A stretch of DNA of 64,000 nucleotides from Octopus vulgaris (Eukaryota): contig OX597830.1 of NCBI GenBank assembly GCA_951406725.2, positions 25,048,001 to 25,112,000 on the forward strand. The letters are read 5' to 3'. Positions 12,190-26,351 of the stretch are shown one piece after another (within the stretch, counting starts at the first letter, position 1; every line of letters begins with the position of its first letter). The translations under genes were made by a program, and so were the position numbers. The notes under the pieces were generated by a model. It was not told where the DNA came from, made no database searches, and saw nothing but the letters and a program-made list of their open reading frames with translations.

Positions 12190-12590
12190 TGTAGTTGGCA
12201 TCCTTTTGTCTCGTGAGACAATGGAGTTGCGCATAAACTAATCCAGTTTGGTTTTTACATTTCCTGTCCTTTCCAGTTTCCTCTCCAGTTTTGCGCAGGC
12301 CTGGGCTAGATGTAAGAAAATCCTGGGTAGCCCAATCGTCAGGTTTCCTCTCTCGACCTTGCTGACGTAGTCCAAAGAAGTGCAGAGCATTATGTTTGGC
12401 ACGAGCTTGGTTGCAGGAGCTGCCGGAAGAATGTCGAGTCGAACACTAAACAGCCTACGAGGCTCCACTCCGGATTTCTCTGAAGGTTGTCTCCTTTCCG
12501 TAACCCTAGATAGGGGCCCATACCGGGTACTGTCAGCCGGAGCCAGCTGAGCCCGGGGTTCGTGTCAGGCAGGGTCGTCACTCCCTGAAG
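12190..12590 (-). mobile_element. Bipartite non-autonomous RTE derivative (5' UTR fused to 3' end)
   Basis: The minus strand has GGAGTGGAGCC...GCAACCAAGCTCGTGCCAAAC...TTTGGACTACGTCAGC...GGGCTACCCAGGAT, recalled as an RTE 5' UTR. It is joined to GCGCAACTCCATTGTCTCACGAGACAAAAGGATGCCAAC, recalled as an RTE 3' end. Confidence 0.65.
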
Positions 12591-12957
12591 TAGTGAAGGA
12601 AATCGCTACCTACTACAATTTATATATGAATGTATATACGCATAGTCGGTGTTGCACTTACAATCTCGAAAATGAATGTGGGTTCAGTTCTTTGACCAAG
12701 TGGTGTGTTGTGTTCTTAAGCAAAACATTACATCTCAAGTTGCTCTGTGCTCACTTCAACACCTGGTGTGTGGTACACCACGCCTCTGTTTAGCCAACAT
12801 TGATTTGCTGGAGGGAGTGAGCTAATGTACAGCACATACATTCGATCAATATAAACAAATCACTTGTACAGGTTGTTCGACAAAAAAATTGCAGAAGTGT
12901 CTCATACTGCAAGAGACTACCATCAAATATGTCTTCACAAGAAATATAACTCATTAA

Positions 12958-13453
12958 CCCTTCGTGGGCCGGCGGCGTTGGAATTACACAAAAGGCCATT
13001 GGAGTCACTTTTTTTTATTTTTGAGCATTTCTGCACTATCCATAAAGTAATATTTGTTTAATATTGTATATATGTCTGAGTGATACAGGAAATTTAACAC
13101 TTTTTTTATAGTTCTATAAACTATACATATAGTACTAAATATAAAATAAAACAAAATTATTTAGTATGTCGATTCATACCAGTATAAATACGAAGAAAAT
13201 TGACTTATAGTTCATCAGAATATCTGAAAAAAGAACAGAAAAAAGTAATTTTACATAAGGCCAATGGGGTCCTGTTGGACCGCAATGACCATATTTTATG
13301 CTATAACATCCATACTAAAAATTTGTACGTGCATACAAAAACTATTGACGATAAAAGTCATGAAATATAAAACCATTTGAATAAAAAATGTAAAAGTTGC
13401 ATAATATTTAAAATTTACAAGGTTTCCAAGAGACCCCGCCGGCCCACGAATGG
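12958..13453. mobile_element. piggyBac-type MITE (496 bp)
   Basis: TTAA TSDs on both sides and an 18-bp TIR CCCTTCGTGGGCCGGCGG with one mismatch. Confidence 0.9.
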
Positions 13454-13899
13454 TTAAAAAGAAGAAAAAATCACCAAAATAACCTGGTAAACTAAAGCAA
13501 GAAGTTCCAATTTTAAAATGAGTGAACCTCCGGTACTTTAATTTTATCTAAAATGGTTTTCCTAACACACATACGTAGCCAAGTGCGAAATTTCCAAGGT
13601 TCTTTGTATTTGTTTAATTTTGTTTTCCGGATATTAGATGGCTAATAATAGATTTGCTTTAATAACTGAGAAACCTGCTCCCTCGGTTGAAATTAAGACT
13701 ACGATTATGCAACGGACATCGCGTCATCTTGTTGTTTAACTGCAGGTCAGCCCTGTTCGAATAAATCTATGGCAAAAGCATTCCAGCTGTGTTCATTCCT
13801 GTCTATTATTTAGATTTAATGCATTCAGAACAACATTAGATATTCTGTCTCTTTCTTTTTTTTAATACAGTAGAATAGTATGATATGAAAGAGATTATA

Positions 13900-14040
13900 G
13901 GCACAGGAGTGGCTGTGTGGTAAGTAGCTTGCTTACCAACCACATGGTTCTGGGTTCAGTCCCACTGCGTGGCACCTCGGGCAAGTGTCTTCTACTAGAA
14001 CCTCGGGCCGACCAAAGCCTTGTGAGTGGATTTGGTAGAG
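13900..14040 (+). mobile_element. SINE family B 5' half (tRNA-derived head; resembles octopus OK-type SINE)
   Basis: A box TGGCTGTGTGG and B box GGTTCAGTCCC. The body is shared with 6840, 23239, 29345, 44576 and 50430. Confidence 0.85.
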
Positions 14041-14220
14041 TTAATTAGGGTTTTTAGTATTTTTGTTGTTTTTTTGTTATTGCCAACTTAATTACTTTTT
14101 TGTTTTTTATTTTGTTTGTTGTTTTTGACAACTTAGTTAATTAGTTTGTTTTGTTTTTGATTTTTTTTTCAAGTAGAGGGATGAGGTTGATATTTGTTAG
14201 TTTAAGAAGTATTGCATTAT

Positions 14221-14645
14221 CATAGATACGTCGTCATAAATACGCTATCATAAATATGCTCTCATGAATACGCTATTATAATTAGGCTATCAAAGGTTCG
14301 TTATCAGGAATATGCTGTAATTATGCAGTAATAAACAAGCCGTCATAGATACGGTATCATAAACACTTTCATAGCAACACCATAATAAATATACTATCAA
14401 AACAGGCTACCATAAGGAGGCTAGCATTAATACGTTATCAATAATAGGCTATCAAAGATACGCCTTCAAACACACGTTCATATATAGGCTCTCATGAATA
14501 CGCTAACATAGACATATCAGAAATAAATTATCATAAACATGCTATCATATATATATATTGTTTGCCATCACAAGAAGCTATCGTAGATTACGATCTCATC
14601 AATACACTAACACAAATTCGCAGCCACAAATACGCTCTCACGAAC
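14221..14645. repeat. Old degenerate 14-bp minisatellite (consensus about CATAAATACGCTAT)
   Basis: Recurrent variants of CATAAATACGCTAT with a period of about 14 nt. Confidence 0.8.
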
Positions 14646-15014
14646 AGAATAGAGCATTGAATTAAAATATACAAAGAACTTGCAAATAATTGCAATACCA
14701 GAATAACTTATTGCTTTGCTTTTTTTTTTAGAAACAATACAAGATATGTAATTTTTACTACGTTCATACGGACCCTAGAGAAATATGAGGTGACGAAAAT
14801 AAAGTACATCAGGTGCAATGTTAGCAACGTTAGTAATTCAAGTCAAAAGCATTTCACGTCATCATTTGCAATAAAAAGTTTTATAGGTGGGGGTGTATTC
14901 TGTAATTAATTCTTAAAGTAGAATATTTAAAGCCTAGGCGTGTCTACAGTTATTGAGTGGAGAAGTATTATGAACAACATCAATCATCGTTATTGTTTCT
15001 TGTTTTTGGTAGTC

Positions 15015-15200
15015 TTATTTCCATTGTATGCTTTCATTGCACAACCGATGAAATCTATGTGCTTGGGGTTTATTGTGTTTGATTTTTCTGTTTTCTATTG
15101 TATTAAAAAGTACTCTTAGGACGTGTGCAGTGTCTAGGAATGCTAGTGTCGTTTGCTGCGTTGTTATGTCTAGGAATGCTAGTGTTATTCGTTGCATTGA
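15015..15200 (-). mobile_element. Possible R4/Dong-like retrotransposon 3' end
   Basis: QQTTLAFLDTAHVLRVL resembles the R4-clade C-terminal QK..LLGTAHILR motif. It carries a local tandem duplication of about 36 bp. Confidence 0.4.
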
Positions 15201-15828
15201 TGTTGGTGAAGAATGAAAATGTCGTTCCAGGGTTGCGTATGAAATTGAATAACAACACTCACGAACAATTAACAGAAGCTTTTATTTACCGCACATAGTT
15301 GTTTTCTGTGTTAGTATTTGGATGAAAAATAAAAACGACAATTTATATACACCTGGAGGGGGGGGACATACTACTGGGACCTACGACAAATTAGCTGACT
15401 AGCCTATCACAAATGGGGAAACAAACGCGCTAAATTCATGACAGCAAAATCTATAGCATTTATCTGCACGGCGGGTGAATGAAAAATGAGAACGGAGTCG
15501 TTACAGCAACTGCCTCAACATTCTGAAGTTGCCGTCATTAGAAGGTTGCAGAAAATCGAATCACATGACGGCTTGATACTGACTGTTCGGTCACGTGAAA
15601 CGACTGCGGTATCCAGCGATTCGGTTTCGAAGCTGCGACTCTAGTTTTGTTCTGCTTTTTTATTATTTTTTTTTATTACCAAAGTAAGCATTGGAGTTTT
15701 GAACATATATTAGTCGGCATCTTTTATCATAATAATTCCCAAAACACCTGCTATTTATTATAGGGACTGTTTCTGTTTTCAGTCCTTCTCATGATTTGGT
15801 TATTTCTGTTCTGTGATTTATTTGTCAA

Positions 15829-16045
15829 GGCATATAGCTGAGTGGCTAGGGGTATTCGGCTCAGGTTAACAAGGTCACGATTTCGATTCCTGGTGGCGCG
15901 TTGTCTCCTTGAGCAAAACACTTTATTTCACATTGCTCCAGTCCACCCAGCTGGCAAAATTGAGTTGTACCTTAATTCAAAGGGTTAGCCTTGTCATTTT
16001 GTGTCACGCTGAACCTCCCTGAGAAATACATTAAGGGTACACATT
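15829..16045 (+). mobile_element. SINE family A, 3'-truncated
   Basis: tRNA-like head followed by CCTTGAGCAAAACACTTTATTTCACATTGCTCCAGTCCAC, shared with other family A copies. Confidence 0.75.
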
Positions 16046-16679
16046 AGGGTGGAGAGAAAAATGCAACTTTCGAAATTGGTAACCTAGAATCAATATTTTG
16101 CTTCGAATTATGGTATAAAGAACTTTGCGGCTAAATATTTTTTCAAGCTCCGCAATGCAATTGACAATTTTAAAAATCGCTATTTTTAGTCAAATTTTGG
16201 ATTTCATGGATTATAAGTCGTAACGAATACATATTTCTACATAGCAGAATGTGAAACAGTAAATATAGTATCATTAAGAGGTTGCATACTAAGTTTCAAT
16301 ACAATTGACTAATATCTTGAGGTTCCGCATTGACTCGACTAACATACTCGGCTAATAGCCCAATGCTCTCTTTTGCCTACACAGTCATGTCCTGTTATGT
16401 TAGAATACTGAACTCACTCAAAGTGTGATTGATATTCTCGTCTCCTTTCCTGCAAATTCTACATTTGCTGTCTGACCGAGTTTTGTCGATCTTTGCCTTG
16501 ATTGGGACTTGTTCTAAGGGTTTGTCTCTGAGCGACTGTAATTAACGTTTCTGTTTCTTATTTCAAGGTCCCGTCCGTCAACCAAAGCCTTCGGGCTTCA
16601 CTTCCAGTATTGTTGTATGAATTGGCCATGCAGTTCCATTTCTTACCATTGGTTCATTCTGATGTTCCTCCTTTCACCA

Positions 16680-17934
<1,255 letters not shown>

Positions 17935-17935
<1 letters not shown>

Positions 17936-19115
17936 TAAAGCAATCCAGCTGCCCAACGGAGTGCAACTGCATGTCATCGTGGAAAGCAGGAAGCCCAGAT
18001 GCGACATCTGTGGGGCTACATGCCACCTGAGAGTCTTCTACCCCTAACAACAGCAACAACAGAGACCTTTTAATAAAACTCTAGCCTTGTCTCCAACAAC
18101 AACAAAGGCACATAAACCCCACACAATGGAGAAAACCACCCAGGGTATCTGTCAAACCAGCCCACTCTGACTCTTTTTCTCTCTCTCTCTCTCTCAAGGA
18201 TACACTCACACTATCACAGACACACTCACACTCCCCGAGACATATCCTACTAGTCACTCTTCATCCCGTAGTGAAGTAAGAACCTTACAAAGCAAAAACG
18301 GAAAAGGTAAAACAGACGAACCAATATGAACACCTGAAAACATAGCAATCCCCAACACATTGAACATAGACACAGCAAAATCCACACCGGTACCACCATC
18401 CTCACAACCACCACTACCCCAACCGAATCCTCCAATGCACTCACAATCACACGTAGCCCCCCAAAAGAACGTACACAGCAACCAATACCTATTTCTTTAC
18501 TACCCACAAGGGGCTAAACACAGAGAGGACAAACAAGGACAGACAAACGGATTAAGTCGATAATATCGACCCCAGTGCGTAACTGGTACTTATTATATCG
18601 ACCCCGAAAGGATGAAAGGCAAAGTCGACCTCGGCGGAATTTGAACTCAGAACGTAGCGGCAGACGAAATACCACAAAGCATTTCGCCCGGCGTGCTAAC
18701 GTCTCTGCCAGCTCGCACACAGCAACCAATACCGAAATACCCAATTATGTACTCGTGAGGAGAGCCAGCTAAAATTTGATGGCGCTCATAGCCAGGAACA
18801 AGGAGATTGAAAGAGAGGGTGCAATTTACGACACCAGTGCCCTTAGGGTTCCGGATCATTTAATGCTACCCTTCCAATTTTACAAAGACTTTCAGAGAGG
18901 TTTCACGCATGATGTGGGAAGACCAAACGTTCGTGCCACGAAAAGGCTTCTAGCCGGTTTCCCTGAGTAACCATGACCAGATCCGGAGCCCGGGTTACAG
19001 GGCTGCCAACAGCTCCAGGAGAATAAATAACCCAGCTCTTTTTTCTTTTCCTCAACCCATTCGAGCCGTCATGACGATTGTCAGAGTGAGCTGCACAAAT
19101 GTTCGCGGCCTAAAT
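17935..19115 (+). mobile_element. Tx1/L1-clade fragment: 3' half of ORF1 and start of ORF2, interrupted by a SINE
   Basis: VIVESRKPRCDICGATCHLR (degenerate CCHC knuckle) at 17970-18035. MTIVRVSCTNVRGLN (start of the APE endonuclease) at about 19071. Confidence 0.7.
18490..18716 (-). mobile_element. SINE family C monomer with Tx1-like tail and 17-bp TSD
   Basis: ACACAGCAACCAATACC at 18473-18489 and 18717-18733. Confidence 0.92.
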
Positions 19116-19289
19116 GTTCTACTAAACAATATATATTTAGTAGAATACACACTATTGCAAGTATTTGAATCAGGTTTTCAGGCTAACTGTAACTTCCACT
19201 CTTCTTCTCACTAGACTTCAAAAACCTGAGCGTCGCATGCCTTCCCTTAAGGAAACAATTAAATAAAAAGATGATAAATTAGTATGAAC

Positions 19290-19612
19290 CTGGCACTCCG
19301 TCGGTTATGACGATGAGGGTTCCAGTTGATCCGATCGAGGGAACAGCTTTCTCGTGAAATCAACATGCAAGTGGCTGAACACTCCACAGACACCCGTACC
19401 CTTAACGTAGTTCTCGGGGAGATTCAGCGTGACACACAATCTGACAAGGCTGGTCCCGTTGAAATACAGGTATTAGTCAATTTTACCAGCTGAGTGGAAA
19501 CAATTTGAAATGAATCGTCTTGCTCGAGAGACACAACGCCTCATAAGGTATCGAATACGCGACCTTGCTATCGTGAGCCGAATATCTCTAACTATTTAGC
19601 CACGCGCCTTCA
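19290..19612 (-). mobile_element. SINE family A, near full length
   Basis: Homologous to 61120-61505, with the likely TSD ATAAATTAGT on both flanks. Confidence 0.82.
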
Positions 19613-20228
19613 CACAATAAATTAGTGTAACAATTACGTAATCTGCTAATACAATCTGTCTGTTGAGTTGGGAGCCGTTTTTAATTTTTTTCACTTTTAT
19701 GCGAATTTCTTGTTCATTTTCTCAGTCACTCGTCTTATCGCTTCTCCTATATTCTCCGTAAGCATATCATATCACATTTCTAATGCCTCATCAATCATAT
19801 TTTTATTGCTGTTATAAATGACACTTGACAATTTCTCCATTTTCTGAAACATGGTTAACTTCACTGACCTTTTTTTCAATGCAGAAACTTCTATTAGCAC
19901 GGTATCTTACGAAAGAAAAAAACCTACCACATTGTCACTTCCGTCAGAAAAAAAAGTTGCTTAAGCACATATGTTGCGTCAAGTCCCCTACACCATCTCG
20001 CTGCTTCCCTTCCCTACTTGCTACCTCCTCCGCCTCTCTCTCTCTCTCAATTTTCTTGCTCTTATAAATTCTTTTATAAGTTCTTTTATCTGTTTCGTGA
20101 GTAATATCCTCCCACTTCCTTATCGTATCTTGTAATGTGCTTATTGATCGCATTTCCTACGTTTTCTATTCTGAAGTTTTTATCTTTAAACTTGCCCTTT
20201 TTAATCTTCATATGGCCAACACCATTTT

Positions 20229-20270
<42 letters not shown>

Positions 20271-20326
20271 ACGTATGTACGCAAGCACTCACTCACACAC
20301 ACATTATTATCGCTTATATTTTTATT

Positions 20327-20490
20327 AAGGCAGCAAACTGGTAGAATCGTTCTGAGTTCAAATTCTTCCAAGATCGACTTTGCTTTTCATTTTTCGGGAT
20401 CGATAAAACAAGTTCCAGTTGAGTACTGAGGTCACAGTAATCGACTAGCTCCTCCCCAGAAATTTCTGGCCCTGTGCTTATAGGAGAAAT
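20327..20490 (+). mobile_element. SINE family C, degenerate
   Basis: Head AAGGCAGCAAACTGGTAGAATCGTT followed by the CORE-type body. Confidence 0.7.
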
Positions 20491-20570
20491 AATTATTATT
20501 ATTACTGTTTTACTCGTTCCAGCCAAGTTGGGTTTTGACCGTACTGAGGAGACCTTTATCTATCTATCTA

Positions 20571-20644
<74 letters not shown>

Positions 20645-20647
<3 letters not shown>

Positions 20648-20873
20648 TAATCCTTCGACATATCGCAGTTCACCTATCGCGGTTTATTATTTAAGCTTAT
20701 GTCAATTCTTCCGTGGTGTTGTTTTTCATTTATAATAAAAATAAATGTATACAAATTATAAAATTTTAAAACATATATATTTATACAGTACTGTTTCTAC
20801 TTCACGGATTTTCACTTATCGCGGCGGATTTTGGAACATAACACACGCGATAGTCGAGGTCGAGGGCTTACTG
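20645..20873. mobile_element. pogo/Tigger-type MITE
   Basis: TA|CAGTAATCCTTCGAC ... GTCGAGGGCTTACTG termini, inserted in (TA)n. Confidence 0.75.
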
Positions 20874-21793
20874 TGTGTGTGTGTGTTTTGTGCGCGTGTG
20901 TGTGTGTGCGCGCGTGTGTATGTATATATATATATATATATATATATACATAAACAGATACTATATTCTACGGTATAGCGACACCAGGCTAATAACCATC
21001 CCATAAAATTACTCTGAATGATGGGAATAATAAGCGGTAGCCGTAATATATATAGCATAGGAGTTTTTATGACCGCGCTCAAAAGCGTTTCACATAAAGA
21101 AACTTAGAGGAGATCACACACACACACTCACTCACGTCTGAAACTGTTGATCCTAATCCTAATTCTGCTCGATCAAACCTGACCTGGAATTAAAAAACAA
21201 AAAAAAAACACCATATATGTCTTTCTTTTCTCGGTTATTCCAATATTCATCCTCTCTGCCCACTTTCCTTGTCGTATGTTATCAGTTTTTGCTTTCCTCT
21301 CAGTTCGATATCTCTAATCTACTGACTCCCTTCATTACCACATTCTACTGTAATCCTACAATTCCAGTCTCCATCCTCCAAATATATCTGTATCTCTTAA
21401 CTATAAATTCTTTAAGCTTTTAGATTTAATCTGGTGGGAAACTGGGAGGAGAAATAGATAATTTTAAGTTTGTATGAGATACTTTGAGCCAGTGATTCTT
21501 AACTTTTCTTCTTCTTTTTCTTTGCTTACTGCCCACTTTTTAACCCAAATTACTACTGTAGCCCCTTGGAAGACGCTATTAGATGAAAAAGAACCCTAAT
21601 TTACTATTTGCAGTCTATATTAATCGCAGCTGTATCACATAAAGACAAAGCGCTTGTTAAACCTGACAAAAATTATTATTTCAAAGTAACCTAATTTGTG
21701 TATTAGCGAAGAATAATCTATAGATACTTCGTTCTTGTATTTAACTTGCAAGATTATTGATATGAATTCGTGTATTGAAACAAATCTTGTAGT

Positions 21794-22931
21794 GCCAATA
21801 ATAACATACGCACTGGTTCAATATTACTTCTTTATTGTTGGTCAATTCGTTAAACATCTAACCAACTAATCGATCGTTTGTTTAATGTGCTGGTGGATCT
21901 TTTCTGTTTGGCTGCCACTTTTCAGTTTCTTCGATTTCCGTTCCAACGGATTTCATATTCGGTCTGTTAATGTAGTATTTTAAAGTAATCATTGACGTGA
22001 AATTCATTTTCGCTATAAATCAATAAATAAAGAGTCAATAGCTTTTAAAGTTTGAAAATTTGGGGTAATTTTAGCCAATCGAAATCCACAGACATATTAG
22101 GTGCTTGTCTCCATAGTAACAAGCCAAGCTGTTACCAAGTTCTTATGGCGTGTTCCTTTTGTCGCTTATTAAATACTTAAAACTCATTCGATATGAGCTG
22201 ATCGTGTGATGTGCTGAGAATAACAGCTAAATAGGTCTTAAATCGTGCACAAAATTTCATTATTATTTTTTTTTGTTTTGCATAATCGCATAAATTCCGG
22301 TGTGTAGAATAAAAATTCGCAAAATTTTATCTGAAAATTCAAAAAAATTAAAAAGTTATGAGGGGTTATATGGCGTGCTTAAAACAGAATTCTGCCAATA
22401 TTTCATTTGTTTACAGTTGACAACGCATGCTGAAACGCACAAAATAACAGCTTCCAAATCCCGTTTTCTGACTGGGTAAAACTGATCAAATATTAAACTT
22501 CTGTAACTTTTTTTTAAAAACATTTCTAGAAAAAAGTGAAGCGTGGAAAATTACATCAATACACGAAATTTTTAAATTTTCACTAAACTTCAAAATTCCC
22601 ACAAATGTAGCCAAACAGAAAAGATCCGTGCAGGTTCGACACACAATCGATTATTAGTCAAAGTCCTTTCGTCGCTATTCGCGACCTCCACTTAATGATA
22701 TGTTCTCTCTCTACAAGGCCTGCTCCGAGTCTCACCCAGAACAGACATTGAAGGAAGAGGGTGAGTCATTGAAATGGTCGCGAAGAGAGGCGAAAAGATT
22801 TTGACTAACAATCGATTGGTTGTTTAACCAACAAATTAAACAAACGATCGATTAATTAGTTGCTTAGATATTTAACCAATTGATCAACAATAAAGTGATA
22901 TTGAACCAGTGCGTGTGTTATTATTATTGGC
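21794..22931. mobile_element. Foldback (long-TIR) element carrying a nested MITE
   Basis: 21794-21890 is the inverted copy of 22830-22931. Inner arms at 22640-22690 and 22775-22820 are also inverted. Confidence 0.78.
21895..22627. mobile_element. Merlin-like MITE
   Basis: Perfect TIR GGATCTTTTCTGTTTGGC and an 8-bp TSD GTGCTGGT/GTGCAGGT. A related right end lies at 58383-58578. Confidence 0.8.
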
Positions 22932-23238
22932 GAAATGACCGTCCCAAGATACAACAAAATCTACAAATATATAAAGTTTATAAAGACCGTCACAAATAAA
23001 TTTTAATAATGTGTAATTGATTTACGAACTCGTAGAACACAAAATATATAGTAACAAAAAATATTCTTATAGTTGGCCCTCGATAGGGAACCTTATGGCT
23101 TCAGTGATATTAGTGATACTATCATGATGTAGGAAAGCTTTTAGATTTTAAACATCTCGAAGAGGAAGCTTTCTCTACTAATTGCGTTAATAATCTCGGT
23201 TACTCTTTTCTTTTCTTTTTAGGCATAAAATTCTTTAT

Positions 23239-23630
23239 AGGCGCAGCATGGTTAAGAAACTCGCTTTACAAGCTGCCTGGTTTAGTGTTCAATCCTATAG
23301 CGTGATGCCTTGGACAAGTATCTTCTACTATAGTCCCTGGCCGTCTAATGCCTTGTGAGTGAATTTAGTTGACATACTATGTGAAAACATATCGTGTGCG
23401 TGCGTGTATGTGTGTGTGCGCGTGTTTTCCCTACCACCCCACCACCATCACCACTTGACAACGGGTGTTGGTATGTTCACGTTCCCATAACTTAACAGTT
23501 CGACATAAAACCGGTAGAATAAGTACCAAACTTTAAAAAAATAAAAAAAAGAAGTACCGCGGTCGATTTAAACTCTTCAGTTAGTGCCCCAGCATGGTCG
23601 AAGTTCAATGACTGAAACACGTAAAAGGTA
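23239..23630 (+). mobile_element. SINE family B, degenerate full length
   Basis: Head, internal (TG)n, 3' body and tail in the expected order. Confidence 0.75.
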
Positions 23631-24997
23631 AAAGGTTCTATATGGGACGCTGCTTCTGAGAGGTGGTAATCTACGTAACGCCTAGAGGTAACCAACTTTT
23701 CATCAAGTTGCTTATATGGAAATTTAACACAATGTCACTATGTAATGAAACCAATTAACTTTTGATAATCATCGCGTCTCTGCATTCAGAGCGTTCGTCA
23801 TTTTCATCAAAAACTTGCCGAGAAAAAAAAAATCGAAGGAATGAATTTGCATTTGATATGACAATGTAAGATAGCTTTTATTATACTGGGCGAGGACACC
23901 AGTAATGCATTCAGTATATGCGATAGGTCTTAAGTGCATATATTAACATTTTAACATATTTTATATAATAACAGCACATTTCATATAATACCGCTCACAG
24001 GAGGAGCTTCTTCACGTGTACAAGCCGTGACATTTCCGGGTGAAATAGTTTCCCATAAAATAGTTTCAACTTCTTTGAAATGTATTTCACCTTTGGTGCT
24101 TGAAGTAAGCCTTCGAACAAAAAGCATTCTTCTCGGAAGCGATTGTCATTTAAAAGAAAAAAATCTTATATGCTATCCCTTACAATGGATTTTATTTTCT
24201 CTCTTTGAGCCGTTGTGGTTAATAAAGAAATTATTATTATAAAAGGGAACGGGAAGCGGAATTGTAAGAACGTTTGAAGAAATACTTTAGTTTTTTTTTC
24301 TTTCTGGCTCTTAAGGTTCTGAGTTCAAATCCCACTAAAGTCAACCTTACCTTTCATCCTTTCGGGGTCAATATCAACTCTCCTTAAAACTACTGGCATT
24401 GCGCCTAAATCAAAAATCACTATTAGACGACGAACTAGCAGAATCGTTAGAGTGTTTAGTGGCTTATCTTCCTGCTCATCTTCTGAGCTTAAATCCCACC
24501 TTTCAGATCAATAAATAAATTAAAGTGTTGATCAAGTACTAATGTTGATAATATCGATTAACCTTCTCCCCTAAAACTGCTGGCCTAGTACCAAAATTTG
24601 AAGCAATTATTGGGGTGGCAGTGTTGGGAAAATGCTTTATAGTAATTTCTTCGGCTTTTACATTCTCAGTTCAAATTACGCCAAGGTCAACTTGGCCTTT
24701 AATCCTTTCGGGGTTTATGAATTAGGTATCAATGCAATAGTGGAGTCGATTTAATCGACAAGCCTCTTACCGAAAATGTTTAAGACTTGTGCCAATGCTA
24801 GAAAAAATATTATACACTTTTGAATTATTGTCTAATTGTACATATTTCTGAATCAATATGTCTTCATCTATATACAATTTTATCAATACCGCTATATTGA
24901 TTCTGATACTAGATCTTTATCTAAAGGCAACAGTTGCTTATTTACCAGGTAAAAATGATACCATAAGTTGGAAGAAAAAGAAACGAACACATCTAGA

Positions 24998-25250
24998 TCA
25001 GCGGTTTTCAACCGGGATTCATATGGCTCTTGGGGGAGGGGTCTATATAAGATTTTGTTGTTAAAATTTATGTGCAATAAACTGGTTATATTTCGACAGC
25101 ATAAGAAATATTTAAACAATTTTTTTTATAGAATTCCCAATAATATTTAATCAAATGAGTCTCCATTTTAGACATCGAAGAGCTATGACGGCCCACCCGA
25201 GTGAAATAGAAATCGAAGGGGTTCATAGGTAAAAAATTGTTGAGATGAAC
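24998..25250. mobile_element. hAT (Charlie-type) MITE remnant
   Basis: CAGCGGTTTTCAACC terminus. Homologous to 29281-29863 and 41400-41980. Confidence 0.6.
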
Positions 25251-25694
25251 GGAGATTGGCGATTAACTTTAAAATTTTAAAGTGGAACGTCATCGAATTT
25301 AATCTCACCGGTGTCGAGGACCTGCCAAAGCTAAACTGAATAGATCCGCTATAGGTACTGCCCCAGGACTGAGCTAATGCAAAAAGAAAAAAAGCCTTTA
25401 TTTTTCCAGTGTTGCTAAATAACTTAATAAAAATATTAAATGCTATAAATTCTGTTAGTAAATCCAATGGTGTTAATTTGTTGAAATAAATTAGTTCAAG
25501 CTATAATGAGGAGTGGTGAAATCGATATTATGGTCATGGGTTTTTTAACTATTTAGACCGTTTATTTTGGTGAAGTAGCTAACGGACGTAGTTGATGAGT
25601 TTCAAAACCCCAGTGCCGTAAGGAAGTGAGAATCCGACGGTTTCAGTTAGACAGACCAGCTTTTGGCAAACAGGATGATGTTGATCATAAATAT

Positions 25695-25928
25695 ATATTT
25701 CTTTGCTACCCGCAAGGGGCTAAACACAGAGGGGACAAACAAGGACAGACAAACGGATTAAGTCGATTACATCGACCCCAGAGCGTAACTGGTACTTAAT
25801 TTATCGACTCCGAAAGGACGAAAGGCAAAGTTGACCTCGGCGGAATTTGAACCCAGAACGTAACGGCAGACGAAATATAGCTACGCATTTCGCCCGGCGT
25901 GCTAACGTTTCTGCCAGCTCGCCGCCTT
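25695..25928 (-). mobile_element. SINE family C monomer with Tx1-like tail
   Basis: Full head GGCGGCGAGCTGGCAGAAACGTTAGC, CORE-type body and tail. Short TSD ATAAATA. Confidence 0.88.
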
Positions 25929-25940
25929 ATAAATACGAGC

Positions 25941-26012
25941 CTCCTCGGCGTGGAATCAAACCCCGGTCTCCTGCGTGACTGGCGGGGATACTTACCACTA
26001 AACTAGTTGGGA
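25941..26012 (-). pseudogene. tRNA-Asp(GTC) pseudogene
   Basis: Minus strand TCCCAACTAGTTTAGTGGTAAGTATCCCCGCCAGTCACGCAGGAGACCGGGGTTTGATTCCACGCCGAGGAG is colinear with metazoan tRNA-Asp over 72 nt. The acceptor stem, U33 and T-loop are mutated. Confidence 0.85.
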
Positions 26013-26314
26013 TAAGAGAGCAAGAGAAAGGGGTAAACGAAGCCAAGATGATGGCAACTGAAAAAATAAATAACGAACTGAGACTAACGAGACAGATGAA
26101 GTGGAATGTTGATATGGATGTGGAGGTGGTGAGGGGGCGATCGGGATGTTTAAAGTTGGTGACTGGTTAGAATGACAAGACATGGAGTTGAATAAGTGCT
26201 TAGTAGCACAAACAGCAAAACTAACCAGGAATATGTGTGTATGTGTGCGTTTTGTGTATCTGTGTGTGTGTGTGTGTGTGTGTATGTGAACATGTATATA
26301 TACATATACACACG

Positions 26315-26351
<37 letters not shown>

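Noticed and set aside
18575-18772. Recurrent peptide RPRKDERQSRPRRNLNSER as a gene family
   Set aside because: It is the antisense translation of the SINE CORE-type body.
25941-26012. Functional tRNA-Asp gene
   Set aside because: The acceptor stem is mispaired, the T-loop reads TTT instead of TTC, U33 is changed, and there is no terminator.
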